A stretch of 64,000 bases of DNA from Octopus vulgaris (taxonomy: Eukaryota): NCBI GenBank assembly GCA_951406725.2, contig OX597827.1, positions 26,722,001 through 26,786,000 on the forward strand. The letters run 5' to 3'. Positions 10,686-23,938 of the stretch are shown here, one piece after another. The position numbers were made by a program, and so were the translations under genes. The notes below the pieces were generated by a model. That model had not been told where the DNA came from. It did no database searches and was given only the letters and a program-made list of their open reading frames with translations. Position 1 is the stretch's first letter. Each line of letters opens with the position of its first letter.

Positions 10686-10703
10686 ATGTATGTATGTATG
10701 TAT

Positions 10704-10818
10704 GTCATTATTCAGTTTTATTTCATGATTTCTTGCTAATAGAGAAAGAGCCGGTTTCTAACCTAGACCCAAGGCTCTTTCAGTGGAATTTCAACATCAA
10801 CAAGGTATTTTTGCTTGT
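10704..10818 (-). mobile_element. Solo 3' UTR of the (TACA)n-associated RLE family
   Basis: Homologous to 9442-9556 and 56168-56283; embedded in (TATG)n. Confidence 0.75.
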
Positions 10819-10959
10819 ATGTATGTGTGTGTATGTATGTGTGTGTGTGCGTGTGTATGTATGTATGTATGTATGTATGTATGTATGTTTGTATGTATGT
10901 ATGTATGTATGTATGTATGTATGTTTATATGTATGTAACTACACACGTGTTGTTAGTGA

Positions 10960-11090
10960 TTTATTTTCCCTTCTTTGCACTTTTCTTTTTCTCATTTTCG
11001 AAGAGCTGTGCTCGAAACGTCGAAAACTCTCTCTTCTTACTGAGCGTCAAACTAATACATTCTTTGTGTGAGTCCTTTTGTTGTCTGTTA
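10960..11090 (+). mobile_element. HHR family A repeat, degenerate ribozyme
   Basis: ttttcga-a-gagc(tgt)gctc-GAAAcgtc-gaaaa, lacking CTGA; downstream ctgagcgtcaaactaatac shared with ~2775. Confidence 0.6.
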
Positions 11091-11102
11091 TAGTTGATTA
11101 TA

Positions 11103-11290
11103 AGGCAAGCTGGCAGAAACGTTAGCATGCCGGGCGAAATGCTCAGTGGTATTTCGTCTGTCTTTATGTTCTGAGTTCAAATTCATCCTTTCGGAGTTAA
11201 TAAATTAAGTACCAGTTGCGTATTGGGGTCGATCTAATCGACTGGCCCCCTCCCCAAAAATTTCGTGCCTTGTGCCTAGATTAGAAAATA
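11103..11290 (+). mobile_element. Nin-domain-like tRNA SINE
   Basis: A box tggcagaaacg, B box gagttcaaatt; homologous to 21851. Confidence 0.8.
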
Positions 11291-12413
11291 ATTTATATAG
11301 ATATAATGGTATATATGGTGGTGGTGGTGGAGGTGAATGTGGTGTAATTTGCCATTTAATTAAAGTGACCCCCCCCCCAGTACTTAATTCATTCTTATTT
11401 TATCAACCTCGAAAGGATGAAACAAAAGACAAAGTTAGAAACTAGAGGGCAACTGAACTTGTATTTAATTACGTAACGTAAGTGGAGAGCTAAATCCAGA
11501 ATTGCATTTCGTCCGTCGCTCTACAGACTCTGCTATCGACAGTTTTTACAATCAGGATTTCTAATTTAGATGCACGTCGACAAATGTTGGCGAGGAAGCA
11601 GCGGAAAATATCAACCACAGTACATGACTGGTACTTCATCTTATCAATTTCCGCGAGGCTGCAACGCGAAGTATTTGAACTCAGGGCGCCAGTTAACCTT
11701 TTAATTTATTGTTTTTAACAGAGATACGATTTACTCATGCGGTAGAGATCTTTGGCGGCTAATAACCAGGATATACTACTCTGATCCAAGCTCAACGGAA
11801 AGTTATACAATTCCTGTTCCCTGTAGAGATTGCAGCCTATTCTCGATGGTCAGGCGAACTTAATGATAACCTGACGTCGTCAAATCAGTTAACCATCGAG
11901 TGATAACTGTTACTGCTGAAATTCCACACTACAGAATGGTGACAATTCGACTGACGCCAACAACTTGTTTCCACAACCACGTTTGGTACCGAATATAAAG
12001 ATCTAATGTCGCTGATATATGTCTCATCACTTTGCTTATGACGGCCCATCAAAGGTGATGACATCATCGGTCCAAGACATCCATCCCCTTCCGCCACAGA
12101 CACATTGTTTCTCAAAGGAGCGGGCGTGGTTGACAAGACCCATACGAGATAGGCAAATCTTATGAGTTCTGAGGGTACTGCAACTGGAGCCGAACAACAG
12201 CCACAGGAGTATTATCGCATCGTCTCCTCCACTCTTCATGCAATCTCCTACGTTCGGTTTCAAAGTGCTCTACTCCAGCATCAAACAAGGGCTTCCATGC
12301 CTCTCGACTAACAACCAGGGGCTACAACTGATTGGGAAGGACACCGCTTAAAATAAAAACCGCTTGAGATTATCATGAAAACGATGTTTAGACATCCGTG
12401 AGGCCTAATTCTA

Positions 12414-12981
12414 TGAGGGTGAGTCAAAAAGTAATGCCATTTTGTGTATGACAGGTATAATTACTAACAAAGGAACATGTATCATACATCAAAATAAAGC
12501 TGGTTCTCTGTGGATCACATCCCTACTTCTCAACATAGCCACCATTTCTCTCAATAACAATGTTCCACCTTCGAATGAGAGAATGTATCCCTGCCCCGTA
12601 AAATTTTGTTGACTGTTCTTTGAGGCACTTCTTCACTACAGTTTTCACTTCCTCATCACTGGAATAATTTAGCGCCTTCAGACTATCATCTCTTCGGCCC
12701 CATGAAAGAGGGTTTGCGAAGCAAACATTATTCCAGTGACGAGGAAGTGAAAACTGTAGTGAAGAAGAGGCCCAAAGAACAGTCAACAGAATTTTACGAG
12801 GCAGAGATACATGCTCTCATTCGAAGGTGGAGCATTGCTATTGACAGAAACGGTGACTATGTTGAGGAGTAGGGATGTGATCCACAGAGGACCAGCTTCA
12901 TTTTGGTGTATGATACATGTTCCTGTGTTGGTAATTATACCTGTCCCAAACAAAATGGCATTACTTTTTGACTCACCTTCG
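12414..12981. mobile_element. Palindromic mariner derivative (two inverted 3' ends), TA TSD
   Basis: TIR gagggtgagtcaaaaagtaatgcc at both ends; both arms encode a mariner C-terminus (SDEEVKTVVK..FY.AGIH.LIRRW..NG.YVE). Confidence 0.85.
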
Positions 12982-13411
12982 TATCTTTGGCAGTCAGTTA
13001 CCCGACATCCGAATCGCATAGCCAACCCAGCGGAGAAGACGAGGAACGATGCAGGTCTCAGCACTGTACATCCCAGACCTCAGGAGGATTTCGGTATGAA
13101 GCACATTGTCCTGCTACGTGAGACCGAGGACACTTTTGAGTAATCTGATAAGGAACGCTTCGAGTTATGGAACAGATTAAGATATGGCACAGATTAAGGA
13201 TCCAGCACTCAGAACCGTACTGGACCCTTAACGTCGACAAGAATACCGACAAAGCAATCGATGCCAGCTTCCTGCATGTTCCACCATGCGAACCTAACAA
13301 TAAAGTGTTTGATGTCGCTATAATAGCAAAAACAATCACGTGAAATAAACAGACAACTGAAATCCTAAATACCCATGAACCTTTAGAAATTCCTTTAACA
13401 CTTTTGAAGCA

Positions 13412-13442
<31 letters not shown>

Positions 13443-13629
13443 GCTTCTCCCTTCTCTCTGTGCATCTAATGGTTAGATCTCCCCTACGCCATCGAAACTT
13501 GAAGTAAATTGGAGTTTTGACAAATGGTTATTAAATATCTGTGACTCCAACCAAATATTCAGAGTGTTTCTTGCTTTCGTTTGTTCATTTATATACTCGC
13601 GCGCGTGTATGTATGTATATGTATGTATA

Positions 13630-13677
<48 letters not shown>

Positions 13678-13787
13678 TATAATATAATATGCATATGTAA
13701 ATATGTATATTTTTACACACATACGTTCACATGTATTTATGTTTGTGCTTAGATAAGTGTACGTGTGTTTTTGTGTTTGTGTGTGTG

Positions 13788-14012
13788 TGAGTGTATATAT
13801 GATTGTATGTATGCATGTAGGTCTCATGCTTGCATGTATGTATGTATGTATGCATATGTGAATGTGTGTATGTACGCGTGTATGTCGCTATATGTATATG
13901 CACGTGTGTATGATTTTTGGGTATGTACGTATGTATATCTCTATGTATGAATGCTTGAATGTATGCGTGCGTGTGTATGCGTGCGTACTTGTGTAGTATA
14001 TATGTATTAAGC

Positions 14013-14048
<36 letters not shown>

Positions 14049-14053
14049 GTGTG

Positions 14054-14095
<42 letters not shown>

Positions 14096-14318
14096 AGTGT
14101 ATATATGATTGTATGTATGCATGTAGGTCTCATGCTTGCATGTATGTATGTATGTATGCATATGTGAATGTGTGTATGTACGCGTGTATGTCGCTATATG
14201 TATATGCACGTGTGTATGATTTTTGGGTATGTACGTATGTATATCTCTATGTATGAGTGCTTGAATGTATGCGTGCGTGTGTATGCGTGCGTACTTGTGT
14301 AGTATATATGTATTAAGC

Positions 14319-14335
<17 letters not shown>
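13788..14335 (+). repeat. 306-bp tandem duplication of low-complexity DNA
   Basis: tgagtgtatatatgattgtatgtatgcatgtaggtctc at 13788 and 14094; near-identical copies. Confidence 0.85.
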
Positions 14336-14366
<31 letters not shown>

Positions 14367-14519
14367 GTGTGTGTGTGTGCGCGCGCGCGCGCGTGTATGT
14401 GAGTTCCAGTTGTTAGCCAGTTGTTTGATATCAGTTACGGTGGAAACTAGTGTTTAAGAAGATACTGAGGAGGACTATATCAAAGGTAGACGACATAGAT
14501 AATGAATATGAACACAGGC

Positions 14520-14930
14520 CAACCACTTGGCTCCAGGTTCAGTCCCACTGCGTGGCACCTTGGGCAAGTGTCTTCTACTATAGCCTCGGACCGATGAAAG
14601 CTTTCTGGGTTAATTTAGTAGACACAAACTTAAAGATTCCTTTCATATATATGTGTGTGTATGTGTGTGTGTGTATGGGTGTGTGTGTGTGTTTGTATGA
14701 ACATGTGTATATGTGTGCGTGTTTGAGTGTATTTGTGATTGTCCCTTAGAACCGCTTCACAACCGGTTTTGGCTTGATTACCACCGTATGATTTAGCGGT
14801 CGGCAAAACTGACCAATAAAATAAATACCAGGTTTAAAAGTAAGTACGGGGTTCGATTTATTCGACTGAAACCTTTCATGTGGTACCCCAGCATGGCCGC
14901 AGTCTAATGACTTAAACCAGTAAAAGGTAA
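14520..14930 (+). mobile_element. SINE family 1, diverged
   Basis: ggttcagtcccactgcgtggcaccttgggcaagtgtc.. ..ccagcatggccgcagtctaatgac. Confidence 0.8.
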
Positions 14931-14977
14931 TAAGTACATGTATGCAGATGAAATTGGTTTTGAATTTGTTATATATC

Positions 14978-15388
14978 CTCTTTTACTCTTTTACTCTTTT
15001 ACTTGTTTCAGTCATTTGACTTCGGCCATGCTGGAGCACTGCCTTTAGTCGAGCAAATCAACCCCAGGACTTATTCTTTTAAAGCCTAGTACTTAATCTA
15101 TCGGTCTCTTTTGCAGAACCGCTAAGTTACGGGGACGAAACACACCAGCATCGGTTGTCAAGCGACGTTGGGGGGGGGGGACAAACACAGACGCATTTAC
15201 ACACATACACACATGTATATACATATACATATATACGACGGGCTTCTTTCAGTTTCTGCTTACCAAATCCACTCACAAGGCTTTGGTCGGCCCGAGGCTA
15301 TAGTAGAAGACACTTGCCTAAGGTGCCACGCAGTGGGACTGAACCATGTGGTTGGTAAGCAAGCTATTTACCACACAGCCACACCTGT
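14978..15388 (-). mobile_element. SINE family 1, near full length
   Basis: Tail (ctctttta)n; body and tRNA head as at 42297. Confidence 0.85.
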
Positions 15389-16237
15389 ACACACACATCC
15401 AATAGAAATTTATGAACTGAATTGACATGCGCAGACGTTGTGGAAGTGATATCACAATCGGTGACTGTAGGATGCTAATTGACTCATCAGAAGGTGTCTT
15501 CCAACATGCACTGATTGGGCTGAATGCCGTTCGACGGGATTGTGAATTAGTTTTGCCGAGTCATTGGTCTCTCCCCCAAAAAGTCTTCTGACTTGCATGT
15601 CTGTGGAATTTCACTGAGATATGTTGATATGCTTAAGCATCGCAGGGTCGTATTCGCGAGTTAGGGGAAACCTTTCAGCCTTCCATCCTCCCAGTTTTCC
15701 AGCCTTTTGCTCAAAACAATTCCGTTATCTTTTATTTTTTTTATTTTTTGTTTTTTGCTATGATCAGTGATCCTGATATTCGGTGTGTTGTTCTTTTTCA
15801 AAACGGCAGCATATAAAATGAGGAATTTAGCAGTTATTTCTTGCAAGCAAAGAGTCCATTTCAGAGATTTCTTCATTTCGTTACCTCGGTTATAAGGGAA
15901 CTATGGCTGTTGTTATTGCTGGGCCCCAGGTAAGCTCTAGTGGCTGTGTGTTTAAGAAACTCGTTTTCCAACCACGTCGTTTCTGGTTCAGTCCCACTGT
16001 GCCGCACATTCGGCAAGTGGGTTCTGCTCCAGCCCCGGGCCTACCATTTGTGAATTTGGGTTGGTGAAATTATATAATAACTCACACATAAATGTATCGT
16101 TGTGTTTGTGTTCCTTCTATCGCTTCGTAACCGGTGTTCCTTTGTTTACATCGTGAAACACCAATAGAGTAAGTACTAGGCTTTTGCAAAAAACAAAAAC
16201 AAAGCAAAAGTGCCCAGTTAGATTTGTTCTATAAACC

Positions 16238-16380
16238 AGTGGTCCTCAACCAGGGTCCATATGACCCATAGGGGACCGTATATGATTTGAGAGTGGGTCG
16301 GGAGACCTTGCTAGCGAAATAGTAACTTGGGGACCCATAGAAGCACATTAACGATCCATGAAAAAATGTTTTTAGCATTC
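16238..16380 (+). mobile_element. hAT-like terminal fragment
   Basis: cagtggtcctcaacc start resembles hAT/Charlie TIRs; partner TIR not seen. Confidence 0.35.
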
Positions 16381-16610
16381 AGTGTATTTATTGCACGACA
16401 CAGCTGGGTTTGTTTCTCTGTCTTATATAGTTCAAACTACACAAGTTAATGTGTGTGCGATGGACCTGCGTCCCGTCCAGGTGGGGAACTTATACGCCAA
16501 TGAAACCAGGAAACCGGCCCTTATGAGCCAGGCATGGCTCGAGAAGGAACAAACAACAACACACAAGTTAATGAACAAAACAGGAATTTTGAAAGAAGAT
16601 TTTTCTTTTA

Positions 16611-16839
16611 TTTCATTTTTCTTGTTTCAGTCATTTGACTGCGACCATGCTGGAGCACCACCTTAAGGGGTGGGGGTAATCAAATAAATCGATCCCTAGG
16701 ATTTATTCTTTGTAAGTCTAATACTTATCATATCGGTCTGTTTTGCCGAACCGCTAAGTCACGGGGACGTAAACACTCCAACATCTGTTGTCAAACGATG
16801 ATGGCGGGGACAAACAGACATACAAATATATATACACGC

Positions 16840-16876
<37 letters not shown>

Positions 16877-17053
16877 CATATACATATATATATACGACGT
16901 GATTATTTCAGTTTCCGTTCATCGACTCCATTCACAAGGCTTTGGTCGGCCCGAATCTATAGTAGAAGACACGTGCCCAAGGTGCCACGCAGTGAGACTG
17001 AACCCGGAACCATGTGGTTGAGAAGCAAGCTTCATACCACACAACCACGCCTG
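16611..17053 (-). mobile_element. SINE family 1
   Basis: Homologous to 42297-42713. Confidence 0.85.
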
Positions 17054-17749
17054 TATGTATGTGTGTATGTATGTATGTATGTATGTATGTATGTATGTAT
17101 GTATGTATGTATGTATGTATGTATGTATGTATGTATGTATGCATGCATGCATGCATGCATGTATGTATGTATGTATGTATGTATGTATGTATGTCTACAA
17201 ATTTTTTAGCTTTTAAACATGGGATGGCGAAAAGACTTCCGCAGACTAAAATAGAGAGCCACCGGACAAAACGCTTCACTGTGGTTCCCCAGCATGGCCG
17301 CAGTCCAATGACTGAAACAAGTGAAAGACAAAGGATGATTTGTTAGGAGACGGAATTTAGCTGCTATTTCTAGCCGACTGAGCGACCACATTACTAACCG
17401 CCCACTCGCCAGGCTAGTTGCTACTAATACGGCGAGATTTTTATCAATACTACAGATTTCTGCTGGATCTGAAATCTTATAAATATAACCAACACAGCAA
17501 TATTGTATCGTAAAAGACAATATAGATTATTTTTTGAGGAGTTGTTTAGTTTTAACTGCCGTAACCTTCCATGTCTGTTTGGAACAGGTTAATCAGTATG
17601 TTTTCTTCCCAAGTAATACCCAGCGTTTTCTATTAGAATTTCATTTTACACTGTTGCGTATGTATGAATGTATGTATGCCTGTGTGAGTGTGTTTGTGTG
17701 TGGATGGATGGATGGATGGATGGATGGATGGATGGACGGACTTATCTTT

Positions 17750-18170
17750 TGTCCATGTTGTCGAGAAATGATTCCCTAGATGTAAAAATACATCTACTTA
17801 TACAGACAGCATCTGTAATCAAATGGGAAGCTTGAAAAGGGATTCTGCGCAAATCGCAGCATCGCCCACAAGACCAGGCTTAGAGTTTACCACATAAACA
17901 GTGCACCTTAAGCAGCTCCAGCGGCTGGCAAATTAAAACACCCAGCACAGAAGCCCTTGCAAAAGCATTCAGTGACTCATCGTATCTACTCGGATATGTT
18001 GGGCAGGCCATTGTTGTTTGCATGGAAAATAATAGGGTTCCAAAACAGCTGTTCCACGGTGAACTGTGCACTGAAAAGCGTGCTCAGTACAAATCATGAA
18101 AAGGGTTCAAAGACTGAATAAAATGTAACCTAAAGAACTGCAAATCAGTGTAAAAAAAAACTGGAAAGAA
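17750..18170 (+). mobile_element. RTE/BovB-like LINE fragment
   Basis: SRNDSLDVKIHLLIQTAS..KTRLRVY..MENNRVPKQLFHGEL, with frameshifts. Confidence 0.7.
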
Positions 18171-18382
18171 CTAATTAGGTTTCAGTGTTGAGCGGAAGTT
18201 CTACTGTGGGCCAGAAAGGGATAATGGATAATTGATAGCAGTGGAATGTATCAAGGATTAGGATCGAGGCTGGTAGCCTTTAAACCAGTTATGGGAAAAT
18301 TGAGGACCGCAGAACTTTCTGAATATCACCCCTTACAAAAAATTACTTGTTTAAGTAGTTTAACTACTAACTCTTAACTAAC

Positions 18383-18586
18383 TGCTTAACTCTTAAATGA
18401 CCAGTGTTCTTCAATCAGAATTGCCAAGAATACTTTAGAGTGAAATGACCTCTTCATTCAACAACTATGTGCTCTCATTGTTTGGGAGTAAAATGGACAC
18501 TTGAGAGCTACGAGGCCAAATCGTTCGAGAGTAAAGTATTCTGGGCAATTCTGATTGAAGAACACTTGTCATTTAAGAGTTAAGCA
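18383..18586. mobile_element. MITE
   Basis: ~55-bp inverted arms tgcttaactcttaaatgaccagtgttcttcaatcagaattgcc / ggcaattctgattgaagaacacttgtcatttaagagttaagca. Confidence 0.75.
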
Positions 18587-18934
18587 TTATTGTCATTTGA
18601 GAGTCAACTGTCCTAGTTATTTGCTCGGTGTGAACCCAGGTCAGTTCAAGGCCAGATTCGGTGGTTTTTGAAAGTGAAATTTTCTGGTCATTTAACTTTC
18701 ATTTTCCCTAAGAGCTAGATATTTTGATTATCTCAGTCATTGAGTGCTCTGGTGAATCACACAGCCTATTGGCGACGTGATTATCTGAACCCCCTTTATC
18801 CCTCTGCTGGTTTAGTTAAGCCTACTGTTACCATGTCCGCTTAGCCACACATCTGATATTGCTCTCCTTTGATGACCTGGCTGAACAGAAGAATCGAAAG
18901 GGACAAGATTATCCACCACTGAACACTTAGGTAT

Positions 18935-18990
<56 letters not shown>

Positions 18991-19039
18991 CGTGGTGGTC
19001 GTGGTGATCGTCGTCGTCGTCGTAGTAGTAGTAGTGGTG

Positions 19040-19106
<67 letters not shown>

Positions 19107-19122
19107 AAGTAGTAGTAGTAGT
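18935..19122. repeat. (GTA)n/(GTG)n compound microsatellite
   Basis: Seen directly. Confidence 0.95.
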
Positions 19123-19533
19123 CAGTGTTACCTATGCATGCTATGGGAAGCTACAGCGACAGCTATCGTCAGCCATCATTATCAGGTGGTGAGTTGAGTT
19201 TTAACATGAGAAAATGGCTGCTATTAACAACACAACACCTCACTTCCTAACCAACCCCCAAACACTCACACTCACCTCTCACTTACACCTCCGTAAACAT
19301 GCGTGTCTATTATAGATGTGTGTATGTGAGTGCGTATGTGTATGTATTTTGCATATATGTAGGTGTTTATGTCCCCGTCACTTAGCGGTTCGGCAAAAAG
19401 AGACCGATAGAATAAGTACTGGGCTTACAAAGAATAAGTCCCGGGGTCGATCTGCTCGACTAAAGGCGGTGCCCCAGCATGGCCGCAGTCAAATGAATGA
19501 AACAAGTAAAAAAGAAAAATATATATATATACA

Positions 19534-19570
<37 letters not shown>

Positions 19571-19624
19571 ATAAATAGATAGATACATGTTTCTGTATGT
19601 GTACATATATATATATATAAATAA

Positions 19625-19697
<73 letters not shown>

Positions 19698-19852
19698 CCT
19701 TTATATATATAGAAGACCCTGACACAAAGGCATACGCACACACACACACACACATATATACACAAACACTCTGAACATGCACACATACAAAAACACGCAC
19801 ACATGCATACACGCAGGCACACAGGGGCATACACATATACATACACACATAT

Positions 19853-19885
<33 letters not shown>

Positions 19886-21850
19886 CATGCAGTGATTCTT
19901 TGAGTTTCCACCTACCAAATCCACTCTCAAGGCACCGTTCGGCTTAAGGCTATTGTAGATGACAGACCAGGTGCCACGTAACGGGACTGAACCCGGAACT
20001 ATGTGGTTGGGAAATACTTACACGAATACATATTCGTGTTTATGTATGTATTTATGTATGTCTATGTATATATATATATATAAATAAATCAATAGAATTT
20101 TAACCAGTTGGACACATTAATATAATTTTTCTCAAATACTTTAACACCGAACAAGAAGATATATATATAGAGAGAGATCTTTTAACAGTATCTCTACAGA
20201 TTTCCTTCAGAAATTAGAGCAGCACCGAGGTATACGAATTCGACTAATGCAAAAAACAAAAAAATGCGACCGAAAATAGAAAGGTATGTAATTGGTGTAT
20301 GTGCACATATCAGGAGTTGTTGTACCTTCTTCGGCGCCACAACCAATCCATTAACCATGCACGGACGCATTGCTCAATTAACCACCAAATATAGAGGTGT
20401 AACCTTGTTAGATATACCAATTTTTACATAGTAAACGCATGGGTATATATGCATATTTCAGATGTTAGGGATAGCTTTAAAAAGTTATTTAATAGCACTG
20501 TTAACACAGGTGAATCACTGTATTGGTTTATTAGTCGTTAATAAACTTGGTAGTATATTGTGGTTGCATAACTAAGTACGGTGTCCTTACCAGTAATTAA
20601 TATATATTTGAGTAATGAGGGACAGCAGTTCCTGGTGCTGCGTTATAAAACGAATCCTGATTCCAGCCGCTGGAAGACGCATTAGTAGCACGCGCGCGCA
20701 CACACACACACACACACTCACACACACACATACACACACATCACACTATGTATTTTAGTGTCGCAACTTATATTCTGACAGCGGGAAACCGGAAGCTATT
20801 TTTCATTACTTTACTAAACACCCTAAACAATTATCGTTGCTCGATGATATTTTTGCGACGATCATTTTTAACTTTTGTCAGATTTGTGTGACGGCTCTCT
20901 GTTATGTAATCAACTATTATATACATTAATATACATACATACTTACACACACAATATATATGTATGTATATACATACTGACGCGCACATGCACGCACACG
21001 CTCATACACATAGACACACACATATAGAGGTAACAGGGTGTAGTTCCTTTCTGCAGCAGGCGTTTGATACATCATTAATTAATATTCTTTTTATTTTACT
21101 ACGTTGCAACGAAAGCACTGATATGCAAATCAGATTAATCGATCTAACGGCATCATAGTATGTATCTATGAATAATCAAAGCTTTATGGGTAGAATGAGA
21201 TCTTAGTAGAATGAGCTCGCATGAATGTTCCAATGAGATTCGAAACCAAGGGTATTCACTGTCACACACCCAGATAATACCTTTTAATGTCTTTCAAGGT
21301 GGTATGGTTGTTCGGTGTACGATTTCTTCGATGAAGCAGGATCTCTTAAGAGAACACTGGAATGAATTTTAACGGTTACAGATTGGTTGGTAGATCTGCG
21401 ACTGTGAGTCAGTTATACTACTGGTAGTGTTGCTTAATCTGGAAAGCTTTGTGGTCCAAACATGAATATATAACTTTAAAGATGTGTGAGGTGAAGAGCT
21501 CATGTTTTTGTCGGTTACTCTTTTACTCTTATATTTGTTTCAGTCATTTGACTGTGGCCATGATGGAGCACCGCCTTTTGTCGATCGAGCAAATCGACCT
21601 TAGGACTTATTCTTTGTAAGCCTAGTACTATTTCTATCGGTCTCTTTGGCGAACCATTAAGTTACGGGAAAATAAACACACCAGCATCGGTTGTCCTGAA
21701 TCTCCCCGAGAACTACGTTAAGGGTACACGTGCCTGTGGAGTGCTCAGCCACTTGTACATTAATTTCACAAACAGGGTGTTCCGTTGATCGGATCAAGTG
21801 AACCCTCGCCGTCGTAACCAACGGAGTGCCACGCGATATAGGTTATCTAA

Positions 21851-22081
21851 GGCGGCGAGCTGGCAGAAACGTTAGCACGCTGGGCGAAATGCGTAGCCGT
21901 ATTTCGTCTGCCGTTACGTTCTGAGTTCAAATTCCGCCGAGGTCGACTTTGTCTTTCATTATTTCGGGGTCGATTAAATAAGTACCAGTTACGCACTGGG
22001 GTCGATATAATCGACTTAATCCGTTTGTCTGTCCTTGTCTGTCCTCTCTATGTTTAGCCCCTTGTGGGTAGTAAAGAAATA
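21851..22081 (+). mobile_element. Nin-domain-like tRNA SINE, full length
   Basis: ggcggcgagctggcagaaacgttag (A box), gagttcaaattcc (B box), tttcat..ttcggggtcgattaaataagtacc core. Confidence 0.85.
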
Positions 22082-23154
22082 TATCTACATATGCTAACTT
22101 TTCACCGAAGATGTTCCTAGTTACCATGTTATTAAAATGTCTATTGAGCATATCCTTACAACCACAAGGTCCGTTGTAGTTGTAATTTTTAAGGATCTAA
22201 GTGGTTTTTCAGTCGACAGTTTGTCAGGGTAATATGGTTTAATGTTATGCCTAGGAATTACCTATTGTTAATTTAGTGCTCATAGTTGAATTAATGCTTA
22301 GATATTCATAAGAGTCCCATTACCAACAGCATCCAATGTATTGTTATTCATGTTGTAAGGGAATGCTAACCCGCAATTCCGGCTCAGTACAAAGCTCTGT
22401 GGAATAGCGTGCATTCAGAGAGTTCCAAACATAATTCTTTCCGATCTGCTGTTTTAGCACCAACATAACTCTGCAGGGAAACGTCGAATAAAAGTCGCCC
22501 TACTTTTTGACACAGTAGGGACCGTCGTGGTATAACCGTGACTTCCTAATTATGTCCTTGTCAACGAGAAAGAAAATTCTAGGTCTAAATAACAATAACG
22601 AAAAATATAGAAGCTTTCCAATTGTGAGAATTTGCAAATTTCCTTATTTTAAATGAAGCATATAATAACGGCGGCATTCTAAAACTATGGCTTTAATCAC
22701 GTGGTGCTACTAATCTCGAGCTTGATAGCATCAAGTATATACTAGTTAATTCTCCTTAATTCGGTTTTGGAGTGGTTAATTCATCTACGTTAGAGTTGGA
22801 GAAGAAATAGGAAATTGGTCACGTGATCTAAGCACTTGGTGAAGAGATGCACAGGTTGTTCGATTTTAAATGTACACTCTAATTCATATACCACGTGCTC
22901 TTCACTCTGCGCCATCAACACATACGTTTATGCGTATAAATAACATACACACATATAGACATTCATATATATGTATATATATTAGGTACACACATATACA
23001 CAGACATATATATATATGTATTGTGTATATATATATATATGTATGTATGTATGTATGTATATGTGTATGTATGTGTGAGTGTTCGTACATACGCATATGT
23101 CTATATTTATATATATATATACATACATATATATATGTGTGTGTGTGTTTGTGT

Positions 23155-23189
<35 letters not shown>

Positions 23190-23486
23190 TTAGCATGAAG
23201 AACATTTCTCTTATACGTATTAGCTATGAGAGAACTATTCTTGATTCTAACCCACCCTTCACTCATATATACACATGCACATGCATGGTGGCCTAGTGAT
23301 TTGGGTGTTAATTGTAAAGTCGCAGGTTCGATTCCCAGACAAGGCGACACAGTGTGTGCTCGAGCACACACTTCACATCACGTCCATCTGGCCTACTCAA
23401 CTGAAAACAAGTAGCAGAGCCGTTTATGTGTTTATGGAAAGAAGTTGTGCGCGTGTGTGAAATAAGCACACACACACACTCACATA

Positions 23487-23598
<112 letters not shown>

Positions 23599-23721
23599 CT
23601 TTTCTGTTCCTGAGCGCTATACTAATACATTTGTTTGTTTGTACTTCATGTGCTTCGTCTTTTGTTTATTTTCGTAAACTTTCCCTTTATATATATATAT
23701 ATATATGTGGGTAGTAAAAAA

Positions 23722-23761
<40 letters not shown>

Positions 23762-23765
23762 TTTT

Positions 23766-23938
23766 TTACTACCCACAAGGAGCTAAACACAGAGGGGACA
23801 AACAAGGACAGACAAACGGATTAAGTCGATTACATCGACCCCAGTGCGTAACTGGTACTTAATTTATCGACCCCGAAATGATGAAAGGCAAAGTCGACCG
23901 CGGCGGAATTTGAACCCAGAACGTAACGCATTTCGCCG
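23766..23938 (-). mobile_element. Nin-domain-like SINE
   Basis: Reverse complement of most of 21851-22081. Confidence 0.85.

Noticed and set aside
11890-12400. Complex GC-richer segment, possibly an LTR-element relic (continues 12984-13270)
   Set aside because: No recognisable motif, so left unassigned.
15460-15495. - strand CTGATGAGTC
   Set aside because: No downstream GAAA/UH at a suitable distance.
21851-21930. tRNA genes suggested by A/B boxes
   Set aside because: SINE heads: no complete cloverleaf, and they continue into repeated SINE bodies.
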